Shown: positions 47,701 to 54,476 of the stretch, in pieces
Numbering within the stretch: the stretch's first letter is position 1
Layout of the letters: the number at the start of each line of letters is the position of its first letter
From: a virus
Taxonomy: Duplodnaviria; Caudoviricetes
DNA length: 54,476 nt
Virus record (IMG/VR): IMGVR_UViG_3300030450_002076
Span: 1-54,476 of that record
Strand: one strand, 5' to 3'
Translations under genes and position numbers: made by a program
The notes under the pieces: generated by a model
The model's input: the letters and a program-made list of their open reading frames with translations, nothing else
Databases searched by the model: none
Told to the model about the DNA's origin: nothing

Positions 47701-50036
47701 GTTTGCATGATATAAACCATATCATCTAAATGTTTATTAACATCAAAAGAGAAATCACTTCTTGCTTCTAATCCTGAATTAATGTTTTCTTCAAATCTAT
47801 CTATTACTAGTTTAAGCTTGTCATAACCTTCTAAAGTGCTTATTGTGTATGTTTTAGATTTATCATTAGGATCTAATTTAATTGGGTCTAAAGCATCCAT
47901 ATCCGTAAAAGCTTTAATAATCTTATTGGCTTTATTAATAGTGCCTTGAAGTTCTTTGTTAGCAGCATTACCACTTAAACCCTCTATTAACTGACCATCC
48001 ATAGCTAATTTTTTTAATGATGGAGTACCATCATCTAAGTCTAATGTAGACGCTAGAATCATTTCTGGAAACTCACCCATATGAAGTTCATCTATATTTA
48101 AATCAGTTCTAATACCTAATTCTGGTATAGCTTTTAGCTCACTTAAAGTAACTTTCATATTTCTATCAAATATTGTAGATGCACTTTCATTTATATTATC
48201 AAACACTCTAAAGGCATCTTGTCCATCTTTAATTTTACCGCCATCTATACCTTCCCATGTAGCATCTGTTAATATTTTTTGTATTTCTCCTGCATCCTTT
48301 TCACTAATTCTGCTTAATTCTTTTGTGTGTTTTCTTTGACCACCAAGAAGTCTGTAAAAAGATCTAAATACTTCATAGTCTCCAGTCATTTGGTCAGCAA
48401 TTAAAACACTTCTTTGACCTTCATCTATATCTGATTTACTTACATCATAATCATCTGTAATAATATTCTTTTCAATAGCCAAATCTCTTGCTTTCTTTAA
48501 AGTTTCATTATGACTAATTGGATTTTGATGCAAACTATTATAAGGATTGAATGTAGGTATATCTATTAGGTTTTTAGTTTGAACACCTAAAACACGTAAG
48601 TTCTTACGAATATCATTTACTCTATCATTTAAATCCCAATCTTTAGGAGTTCCTCTTCTTTGTAGGAAGGCACCTATTAAAAATGTAGGTAACATGTCAT
48701 TGACAGTTATTTCCTGATCATTGACTGCAATATCAAATAAACTACGAGCATTAAATATAGTACCACCCATAGTCATTCTAAACCAATTTTTCTTTAAAGA
48801 TTCTGCTTCTTCTTTAACAGCCCATTTAACTAATGAACGACCATGTTTCCTGGTTTGTTCATCTAAACCTTTTCTAACAACCTCTTCACCTACCTTGTCA
48901 CCGTATTCAGCAATAGCTTTAGTTGGATTAATTAAATCTAAATCATATTGTTTACCATTAAGATTAACTGGTATTATAGTGTCTTCGCCTTCAACTTTAC
49001 TTCTTTTTAACTGATCACCTAGATTCCTAGCTCTAGACATAACTTGATTGAGAGTTTTTCCTTTAGTTACGCTTGTTCTAAAAGAACCCTTAATACCATC
49101 TATTAAATCATTTTTAAAGGATGCAGATTTACCAATAGGTTTCAACCAACCTAATGCACCAAATCCCATACCAATAGCACCACCCCATATAGGCTCAGTC
49201 CAATTATATGAATAGTCCATATTATGAACTTTTTTATTAATTGTAGTATGCATTGCTTCTCTAAAGGTATCAATAGTTAAAAACGTTACTATTTCATCTG
49301 CCATATATCCTATGTATTTAGCTTTACTAGGGTCACCTTTTGCTAAATAAAGCTCTTTAAAACTATTAATAGGTCTCTTTGTAAGGTCTGTTTTTAAGAC
49401 ATTCTTGACAATATCAAATTCTTTTTTACCAATCAATCCTTTTGCTGCATAATCTCCTACAACTTCATCTATCACTTTTCCAGATTTTCTACCAAAAGCT
49501 CCCGCTAGATCTGCTCCCATTTGACCTCTTCTAGCAAGATTAATATAACTTTGACCTACGTCTTCAGCTATCTCTCTTTTTAATCCAGCATCTACGGCAT
49601 TTTTAACACTTTTTCTAGCAACGCTTTCTGCACTACCTAATACAAATTTTTCACCACCTGCTTTGATTAATTGTTCTGCTACTCCACTTTTCTTGACAGC
49701 CATACTAATAGCTTTACGACCTAACTTTAAAGGTGCGCCAGCTGCATAACCTGCAATACCACCGATACCTGCAGACATTTGTCCTAAGAAAGTTTCAGGA
49801 GCCATGTCTTGTTGAAATTCTTGACCTCCAATCATTCCAGGAACACCAAATAATCCTTCATCCATAAATGCCCATAAACCAGAACCTACTAATTCATAGA
49901 GCATACTATTATTTCTTTCGACTTCTATATCATCAGGGGTAGTCCAATCTGCATATATAGGACCTTCTTGTGTGGGTATGTAGTTCTGATTACTACCTGC
50001 GCCTTGCAAGTATTGTAAATATGGGTTTTCTGGCAT
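41706..50036 (-). CDS. Putative virion-packaged two-barrel (DPBB) DNA-dependent RNA polymerase
   Basis: 2776 aa; RYP (44382-44390) then EGDYDVDK (DxDxD at 44256-44270); upstream DSITYIS..FKP..GKT..SAMK (45186-45401); located in the structural arm. Confidence 0.75.
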   Translation of the reverse strand: MPENPYLQYLQGAGSNQNYIPTQEGPIYADWTTPDDIEVERNNSMLYELVGSGLWAFMDEGLFGVPGMIGGQEFQQDMAPETFLGQMSAGIGGIAGYAAGAPLKLGRKAISMAVKKSGVAEQLIKAGGEKFVLGSAESVARKSVKNAVDAGLKREIAEDVGQSYINLARRGQMGADLAGAFGRKSGKVIDEVVGDYAAKGLIGKKEFDIVKNVLKTDLTKRPINSFKELYLAKGDPSKAKYIGYMADEIVTFLTIDTFREAMHTTINKKVHNMDYSYNWTEPIWGGAIGMGFGALGWLKPIGKSASFKNDLIDGIKGSFRTSVTKGKTLNQVMSRARNLGDQLKRSKVEGEDTIIPVNLNGKQYDLDLINPTKAIAEYGDKVGEEVVRKGLDEQTRKHGRSLVKWAVKEEAESLKKNWFRMTMGGTIFNARSLFDIAVNDQEITVNDMLPTFLIGAFLQRRGTPKDWDLNDRVNDIRKNLRVLGVQTKNLIDIPTFNPYNSLHQNPISHNETLKKARDLAIEKNIITDDYDVSKSDIDEGQRSVLIADQMTGDYEVFRSFYRLLGGQRKHTKELSRISEKDAGEIQKILTDATWEGIDGGKIKDGQDAFRVFDNINESASTIFDRNMKVTLSELKAIPELGIRTDLNIDELHMGEFPEMILASTLDLDDGTPSLKKLAMDGQLIEGLSGNAANKELQGTINKANKIIKAFTDMDALDPIKLDPNDKSKTYTISTLEGYDKLKLVIDRFEENINSGLEARSDFSFDVNKHLDDMVYIMQTNRAKDSAKRVSDLLSPIHQSHQEMIQFARRAGIFQVDDNGLDRLIPHAKEKQFIIQGADDVSGERLFLNNFIDLLGAKNDYSGYEYTKPIEVDVQQIRELQSYLGKQGMMTRGPAMGKWAAFTQNYILQDIIRQSNVSIEDVTAVTSMRSVKDADLVAKSSGMNRGWQLKLIDAPIDATDTDFNLKVSRYNTWAKDLEGRSDTPSGRLFSLGDEKVLVDKSTMNLIDNILDYATVDAQISARRVITDFMSVSTKDHQGFKNTLDNILTANPTYAKHLISMLESNEIIQKDRAEGYIKYKFNEDGLSEEVTLNGKTVTKAALIKYEFQQLGMDFNTIDAQKKAAQDEVNDMIQAVYEAPTDKNSLSQDEFFKRYFSTSGVVEYADAETQAIALNSINDGIKTGGDTYLDDLIKRDMRLPDANNKRIVNFDLNNPEHALSFNEAKDHLTSLLIGKANSQERLLVQYNLGKPVARRVRMQKTKMFDLFDEMELSVILAQGNTDLFTYDNRGKYHKRQFSLFEAETNYLSGDEKSILKAQLDEFDTSLDVAGNIPVREFGTDLDFGSETMGDGITNGGRIFRISESMQPLVVKNTELINIAKTYKSMIDHYKDNLSKIDNGVHYQDMLSRYNRMIDNPTTKTSAHEMALRTIVYERFVAGSGRKTDDFLPYLSQQKDVDNLTKRLNLLHTPNFKRGISEITKQSARNADDVEIINKFENRGTTRISAWDEKDGNNGSSVKQAVRESFNSDAEFEAWWKRELHDRADESGYDSITYISKEYMRYLQLKYGRAASGETELFKPIIQSDGDVVVYGKTVFVYDKFLNDYFSKSESDMLTTTSAMKGFDSGWNDVLSADPLKSSGYREIPNDAIVIKQDRIHHKDVAKLSISSYNYLTSAEAQLMFGELYGNRLTNALNDFRDLYGDPLKRQAFFNDETLDNQSLESMVQSNSGATQALGALKTYSQFGDPSHISEKAVLSQFYKKLIDPIINQSARIGGRRFGGKAVLIQSLDPNLQARGTIYDQGEIKQYGEVFLPDHERNSKVSNFTGARDDFQVRIVNKDDNKLLELKDIYKDEKSYDLMLSKNLGELHDIIKDQWNGSYQVAIITTRYPSTRPNDKMIVGLKDFLHKDYGNSMIASKLDVLNIFEGDYDVDKNDYYWAHSKTMFDHIDRVNTWSFMQGIDVSKFKAKTQGLYLTGGKGFTDRNLNQNFLASMANSTTFRGNIGVVQKIPRALGWLADKTTKVHEGQRVIMESKDVDGKNSGEWVVTMDYDTNDWRHRSVVEGQYIIDAAKEVDGSLFGMKKEARHNLLFTRMNDPNNPSTTSENYSIGFLRKMAQGKSTERPRLFRRFNLKTKKEENLMPEDIALIDLQLQKYNRLLNLGTDVYDAQGRGKKPSYDDILDFTDDFFTHLDNPQWNTFAALKRRYGNSRVFESYFRPEQKVKKKSQWKKQADIEESDVYANPTQNPFEDGLIANMKQEAEFGSHGQMFDRLMWQIRDADPTRQRHYEGLTGDAVKMMEQSMSRFVSDPDYFSEFSSQVMSFIKSTNDGLNTIKFLKKKWGYIDKQPISVRRKNELKDKINDQIKEIELKNSELLKANPAYAKQPSIENLKDSFIEVVPIDGKPEYIKTQSEMATLNEILRHSGTTPKMKRDIETLHQFERRIFGDLNTLGTTLRYDAKTLLNNRMRKWLGNLPDMATANDIIEMSLMKGVKDHGLHFLYNYANQSAANNRVGIFAGTAVAMPYKPSKRFERILRFMAKASADDPDMGRALKALADIRGVYGHYYNKDHRLISTDPVSGKIGDTDITMEQLSFPKFGANLQNAFESYKSYRWSMQTKPVDNFKLQYEESLDFYHRFFKIFGQDEEFGKFIDQMSHVRRSIESTGLYNPMSYLAHISNMEANITKFANKSLQGTRDSDGKYWDISSMGDARKALRGNSLYALYGGDKHFKGLTLKLPSMLDSFDLSSLKEYTKQSRSIVEGSVSQGKTKRVFDEMFNCGLVKK

Positions 50037-50043
50037 AATACTC

Positions 50044-51684
50044 CTATTTTGCTAATGCATCGTAATATCGCATTAATTCATCTATTTTTCGTTGATATAA
50101 AACATTCTCAGAGATATAATTTTGATAAGTATACAAATCTCCTTTAGGTGTACTAGAAATATTTTGAGTTGAAAGAAGATTATTTAAACCATTTAAAATT
50201 GCATTACTTGTTGCATCTCCACTTAACATATGCCCAGGATCTACTTGGCTTACAAAATTAGCTCCTGCGCCAGGTCTCACGTCTGGGCTTTCGTAAGCAG
50301 ATAATGTTGGTTCTCTACCTTGTTCAGTGTAAATATTGTTTAAGTCTAATAATAAAGCATTATCTTCATTATATTGGTCTTGAACTCTATCAAATTGATC
50401 TAAAGCATTTGTGTAGAAACTTACAATATGTTTATTATTTCCATACTTTTTAGACACTCTTGCTATTTTTTCTTCCCTAGTACCATCCATAAATATATCA
50501 TCTTGAGCACCACTCATCCAACGTTCATCTCCTGATTCTGATAATATACTTTCATAATCTATCAAAGCTGATTTAAAATCAGCATCATTCATCATATATC
50601 TTTTTCTCATATTATCTTTAGGTTCACTCCAAAAATGCCAAGAGTTAACTTTAGGAAATTTATTATTCTTAATGCTTGATTCTTGAGCTAAATAGAAAGG
50701 ATCTGAAGGGTCAACTTGCTCTCTACCTGTTCCAGTGACATTGTCTACTGTCATTATATTGTTTTTATTAGGATTAAGAGGATCATCTACTTGTAAGTTA
50801 GATGGTAAAGCTCCATACATTCTATAATAAGCATCTAAGTATTGATCTAACCCTGCTACATTACTTTTTAAATCATTCATTGAATTTAAATTAGATTGTA
50901 TTTTATCATTTAATACAGAAATGTCATGTGACAATCCTGCTTGATAACTATTAAAAACTAACTTACCATCTTGAATTTGAAACTTATCTCCACTCTTATT
51001 CTTGTAAACTTTGTTTGATGTTGTATCAATAGGAGCTTTAACATTGCTTTGATGGCTTGTATCTACAGCAGGAACTTCAGATATATAACTTACATTATCT
51101 CCAATCGTAGCTTTGACATTTTTATTCTTATTAACAGCATTTTTATCTTGCACACTATGAAGCATATCTGTATATAGCGCAGGAAAATGGTCTGGTTTTA
51201 AATTTTTATCTATTGATTTTTTCATTAAAGAAGACACTATAAAACTATCAAGTTCTGCATCTGACTTATTTCTCCATTCATCAGTTCTTTTTACTAAGTC
51301 TCTTTTTTCAATAATTTTCATTATAGTTGTTGAGTCTTTAGCAGTATAATTAGATATTATAGGATTCATAGTAGAGGTAGGCGGTATAGTATCTTTTACA
51401 GCCACCTTAGCACTGTCAGCTTTAATCTGCATGTCTTTTAGTTTTTCTAATTCTTGCAAATAAGTACCAGGAACAATATTTAAACTGTCTCCTGATTCTT
51501 CAATTTGTTCATTTAAAGAGGCAATAGACGATAGTATAGTTTCACCTGTTTCAGTAATATACATCTCATCTCCATATTCAAAAAAATCAGCTTGGCTTCT
51601 TTGAGCCATTCCCATGATTTCATCAAATGTAACTCCTGGAAAAAATCTTCCTTCTACTGCACCTCCTAATCTTTCATCTGCCAT
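50044..51684 (-). CDS. Putative internal virion protein
   Basis: 546 aa; AGGAG RBS; in the cargo block. Confidence 0.55.
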   Translation of the reverse strand: MADERLGGAVEGRFFPGVTFDEIMGMAQRSQADFFEYGDEMYITETGETILSSIASLNEQIEESGDSLNIVPGTYLQELEKLKDMQIKADSAKVAVKDTIPPTSTMNPIISNYTAKDSTTIMKIIEKRDLVKRTDEWRNKSDAELDSFIVSSLMKKSIDKNLKPDHFPALYTDMLHSVQDKNAVNKNKNVKATIGDNVSYISEVPAVDTSHQSNVKAPIDTTSNKVYKNKSGDKFQIQDGKLVFNSYQAGLSHDISVLNDKIQSNLNSMNDLKSNVAGLDQYLDAYYRMYGALPSNLQVDDPLNPNKNNIMTVDNVTGTGREQVDPSDPFYLAQESSIKNNKFPKVNSWHFWSEPKDNMRKRYMMNDADFKSALIDYESILSESGDERWMSGAQDDIFMDGTREEKIARVSKKYGNNKHIVSFYTNALDQFDRVQDQYNEDNALLLDLNNIYTEQGREPTLSAYESPDVRPGAGANFVSQVDPGHMLSGDATSNAILNGLNNLLSTQNISSTPKGDLYTYQNYISENVLYQRKIDELMRYYDALAK

Positions 51685-51692
51685 ATATTCTC

Positions 51693-53234
51693 CTATAAAT
51701 CATCTATTAAACTATTTAATGCATCTACTTCATTTGAACCTGCTTTAACTTGTGGTGTATATGAACCCATCATAACATGTACCTTTGAAGGTAATATAGT
51801 ATTTAAATATTCATTTAAAAATTCATCACCTCCAGGTATTACTTGTAATATAGCTTTAACATTAGGATTGCCCATCAATGTTGGTAAACCTATTGCAGAT
51901 GATGTTGCTAATGTACTTAATATTGCTTCTACGTCTGACTTCGGTACACTCATACCTTTTTTCTTTAAAGCTTTTACAATATCATTAGGACTTACTCTGT
52001 ACTCTGGATCATCTTCATCAGAAGTATCAATTAATATAGAATTTAATTGTGTAGGAGCGTTTTTATAAGCCTCTAATATATCTTGATTCTTTAAACTTAA
52101 TCCACTTAATTCAGCTGATTCTGCCTGCTGTATTGCAGCTTGATCTCTAAACCTGTAATTTTTATTATCAGTTAATCCTAATTTAACATTATGTTGGAAA
52201 TTTCTTTCAAATTGGATATACTTAGGTGTTAATTTACTGCCGTCTTCTCCTGCATAATAATCTTCCGCTGCTGTTAAATCAGCTTGAGATAATCCTAAAG
52301 CTTTTGCATTAATCTTAGCTAGTTCGAGAGCATCACGTTTACTTACTTCTAATAAATTTTCTACATCACTATAGTCAAATTGATTAGGTGCTTGGTCTGT
52401 ATATGTCATTAAAGGTTCTCTTACTATATTATGCAAACTAGAAGCATCTAAATATTGATACTTTTCTTTTATTGTTTTACCCATTAAATAACTTGGACTT
52501 AAATAATGCGCATCGTCTCCCATATTTACTTTTACGCCTTTTGACAAAGGGACTATATTAGTTACTGATCTTCTTTCAGCTTTACTTTGCAATCTTGTCA
52601 TTGTGTTTTCGTTAGCTATTGACCTACCGAAAGTAAGAGCATCTTTTTGCCATTGCTCTAAACCTTGATTCCCTGGTAAGTAAGGGGAGTTTGCATCATA
52701 TTTATTTTTTAAGTTAGCTAATTCTTCATCTTGTAAACCAGGCATTAAATTTGTTTCGTAATCTTTAGATTCCAACATACCTCTTTTAATTAAAGCTATT
52801 TCTTGGGTTACGTTTTGTATTCCAGTATTTATACTTCCTATCTCATCTTTAATACTTGTAGTTCTTTTTTCAATATCTTCTGATGTCATTGACAAGATGT
52901 CGCCTGCTCCAGAAGTTTTATTTTTAGCATCAACAGGTTTAGAAGAAGTATAACCTAGGTTTTTTGCTTCACCAATTAAGTTTTCATATTCTTTTATTTT
53001 ATTTCTTTTCTCTGATTGTAAAGCTGATAATTGATTTACTTTATTGTTATATTCACGATCTTCTATTTGCCAACTTCTAGTTTCTTGCCTATTGTAATTT
53101 TGTTGATTCATTTGCTGCATTTGCATCATTAAATAAGGAAGGTCTGCTATTAACTTCCTTAATTCAGCTTTACCATCATCTTGAGGTCTGTTGAATGTAG
53201 GTACTTGAAAATTTCGAAATTCGTATGATGACAT
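51693..53234 (-). CDS. Putative internal virion protein with N-terminal coiled coil
   Basis: 513 aa; Q-rich coiled-coil N-terminus. Confidence 0.55.
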   Translation of the reverse strand: MSSYEFRNFQVPTFNRPQDDGKAELRKLIADLPYLMMQMQQMNQQNYNRQETRSWQIEDREYNNKVNQLSALQSEKRNKIKEYENLIGEAKNLGYTSSKPVDAKNKTSGAGDILSMTSEDIEKRTTSIKDEIGSINTGIQNVTQEIALIKRGMLESKDYETNLMPGLQDEELANLKNKYDANSPYLPGNQGLEQWQKDALTFGRSIANENTMTRLQSKAERRSVTNIVPLSKGVKVNMGDDAHYLSPSYLMGKTIKEKYQYLDASSLHNIVREPLMTYTDQAPNQFDYSDVENLLEVSKRDALELAKINAKALGLSQADLTAAEDYYAGEDGSKLTPKYIQFERNFQHNVKLGLTDNKNYRFRDQAAIQQAESAELSGLSLKNQDILEAYKNAPTQLNSILIDTSDEDDPEYRVSPNDIVKALKKKGMSVPKSDVEAILSTLATSSAIGLPTLMGNPNVKAILQVIPGGDEFLNEYLNTILPSKVHVMMGSYTPQVKAGSNEVDALNSLIDDL

Positions 53235-53878
53235 TAATATCTTCCTTTCCTTGATTTAATTTTAATAGGTTTTTGTGTATAAACATGGAAACTATCATCT
53301 TCTAAGCTTTTAATTAGCTTTGCATAAGGTAATTCTCCCCATATCTTGGACATATTATTACCTACACTAGCAACCTTACCACGACCTCCATTAACCATCT
53401 TTAAACCCCTGCTTCTGTCTTTAAACAGCCTGTCATTAACATACCATTTATCTCCTGGTAAAAAGGCTGTTACAGGTACAGTTTCTTTAGTTTTTAACCA
53501 ATGATTCATATAGCTGTCAAATGAATTTATTTTTTGATCATGAAACCCTAAGTCTGCTAAAAAATTTCTGTCTCTAATACTTTTATCAAAAGCAGCATAA
53601 GATAAGCTTTCCATTTCTTCTGGGTCCAAAGGAACCCCTTCACCTTTAGTTAGAATAAAGTCTATATCCTTAGTTCTTCTATCAGGAAAAGCTCCATGCA
53701 TCCATACTTCCCAATCATCTAAAGCTTTATTTTCGATAAAGTCTTTACGAAACCCTCTAAACTTTTCAAGAGTAGGGTAGTCAATTTTAACATTCTCTCC
53801 TACCCAATCGCCTATTTGCATTTTAACTTCTGTATTCCTAGGCAATAAACCTTTACCTGAAGATTTGAAAGGGTTCAT
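53234..53878 (-). CDS. Putative Pol-beta-superfamily nucleotidyltransferase (start MNPFKSS at 53878)
   Basis: VWMHGAF.....TKDIDFIL (hG[GS]..DxD-like) and a later LADL acidic strand; TAATG overlaps at both ends. Confidence 0.55.
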   Translation of the reverse strand: MNPFKSSGKGLLPRNTEVKMQIGDWVGENVKIDYPTLEKFRGFRKDFIENKALDDWEVWMHGAFPDRRTKDIDFILTKGEGVPLDPEEMESLSYAAFDKSIRDRNFLADLGFHDQKINSFDSYMNHWLKTKETVPVTAFLPGDKWYVNDRLFKDRSRGLKMVNGGRGKVASVGNNMSKIWGELPYAKLIKSLEDDSFHVYTQKPIKIKSRKGRY

Positions 53879-54448
53879 TAGGAGTAGCCGTCCATTCCAC
53901 CGAAGTCCCAATCATCTTGATCGTATATTGTATCATCTATAATATCATCATCATCTTCACCGTCTGGGTCATTATAGTCTTCATCATCACCTCCTACCCA
54001 ACCGCCTGATACCTCTCCTGATACTGGAGGGTCAAATGTAAATGCATTTTCTTGAGATAGTAGTATTTCCCACCAGCTATCCATAAATTCATCATGAGCA
54101 TCGTCAATATCAGCTTCCATTTGATTTTGAGCTGTAAATTGACCAGTGAGCCAAGTGTTTTCAAAAGTTCTTTTAGCAGCGTCTCTATTATATTGGTCTC
54201 CACTACCTGCAAAACCTCTAGATGCTGCTAAATTTTGTTGATCAGAAAACTGCTTATATAATTGGTCTGACATTTGATTTGTCATTGTTCCTACATTTTG
54301 ATGGTAAGTTGATATAGCATTTAACTCATCTGTTGGATCATAAGGATTTAAAGCTAAATAACCAGCTAAAACTTCTGATGGTCCTTCATCGCTTACCTGC
54401 CATGCATTTTCAAGCCAACTAGCCATGTCTCCTAACATATCTGCTGAT
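53878..54448 (-). CDS. 3' part of junction-spanning acidic protein (putative ejection/pilot protein)
   Basis: A.RGFAGSG motif like phage DNA-pilot proteins; very acidic C-terminus; in frame with 98..1. Confidence 0.65.
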
Positions 54449-54476
54449 TCAGGAGCCCAATTTATTGTTTCAGTTG
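54449..54476. repeat. Terminal direct repeat, right copy
   Basis: 27/28 identical to 1-28. Confidence 0.9.

Noticed and set aside
41706-50036. N4-type (T7-like single-subunit) virion RNAP
   Set aside because: The T7-family motif set was not recognised; the RxP..DxDxD arrangement fits two-barrel enzymes instead
3804-52068. Numerous 60-125 aa ORFs antisense to or out of frame within long genes (e.g. 3804..4139, 18397..18762, 23372..23746, 34328..34654, 48721..49014)
   Set aside because: Shadow ORFs overlapping well-supported genes; no RBS or motifs; they violate the clear two-arm strand organisation
1-54476. Alternative genetic code (stop-codon reassignment as in some crAss-like phages)
   Set aside because: Very long ORFs are intact in the standard code; TAG and TGA terminate genes right before the next RBS; no suppressor tRNA seen
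1-54476. CRISPR array, diversity-generating retroelement, integrase or transposase
   Set aside because: No regularly spaced repeats, no reverse-transcriptase motif and no recombinase motifs noticed

Overview
An essentially complete, circularly permuted genome of an AT-rich tailed dsDNA phage, probably podovirus-like. The unit length is 54,448 bp: a 28-bp end repeat with one mismatch closes the circle and rejoins a split gene in frame. The minus-strand arm (about 26,200 down to 1, continuing 54,448 down to 38,971) carries packaging, head, tail and lysis genes. It also carries a block of large putative ejection proteins, including a 2,776-aa protein with the motif set of a two-barrel (DPBB), crAss/phi14:2-like virion RNA polymerase (DSITYIS..K..K..SAMK; RYP..EGDYDVDK). 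The plus-strand arm (26,340-38,600) holds small early ORFs and a minimal replication module: a circularly permuted Sak4/AAA_24-like ATPase, SSB, an AEP primase-PriL-like-SF4 helicase fusion and a resolvase. No DNA polymerase was recognised. The early arm and both strand-switch regions are unusually rich in putative structured non-coding RNA: an atypical tRNA-Met(CAT), a ~730-nt GOLLD-like RNA followed by a stand-alone PNK-type 3'-phosphatase, several 60-270-nt structured elements, and three back-to-back closed RNA domains at 38,598-38,973. All family assignments come from motif recognition by eye, not database searches.
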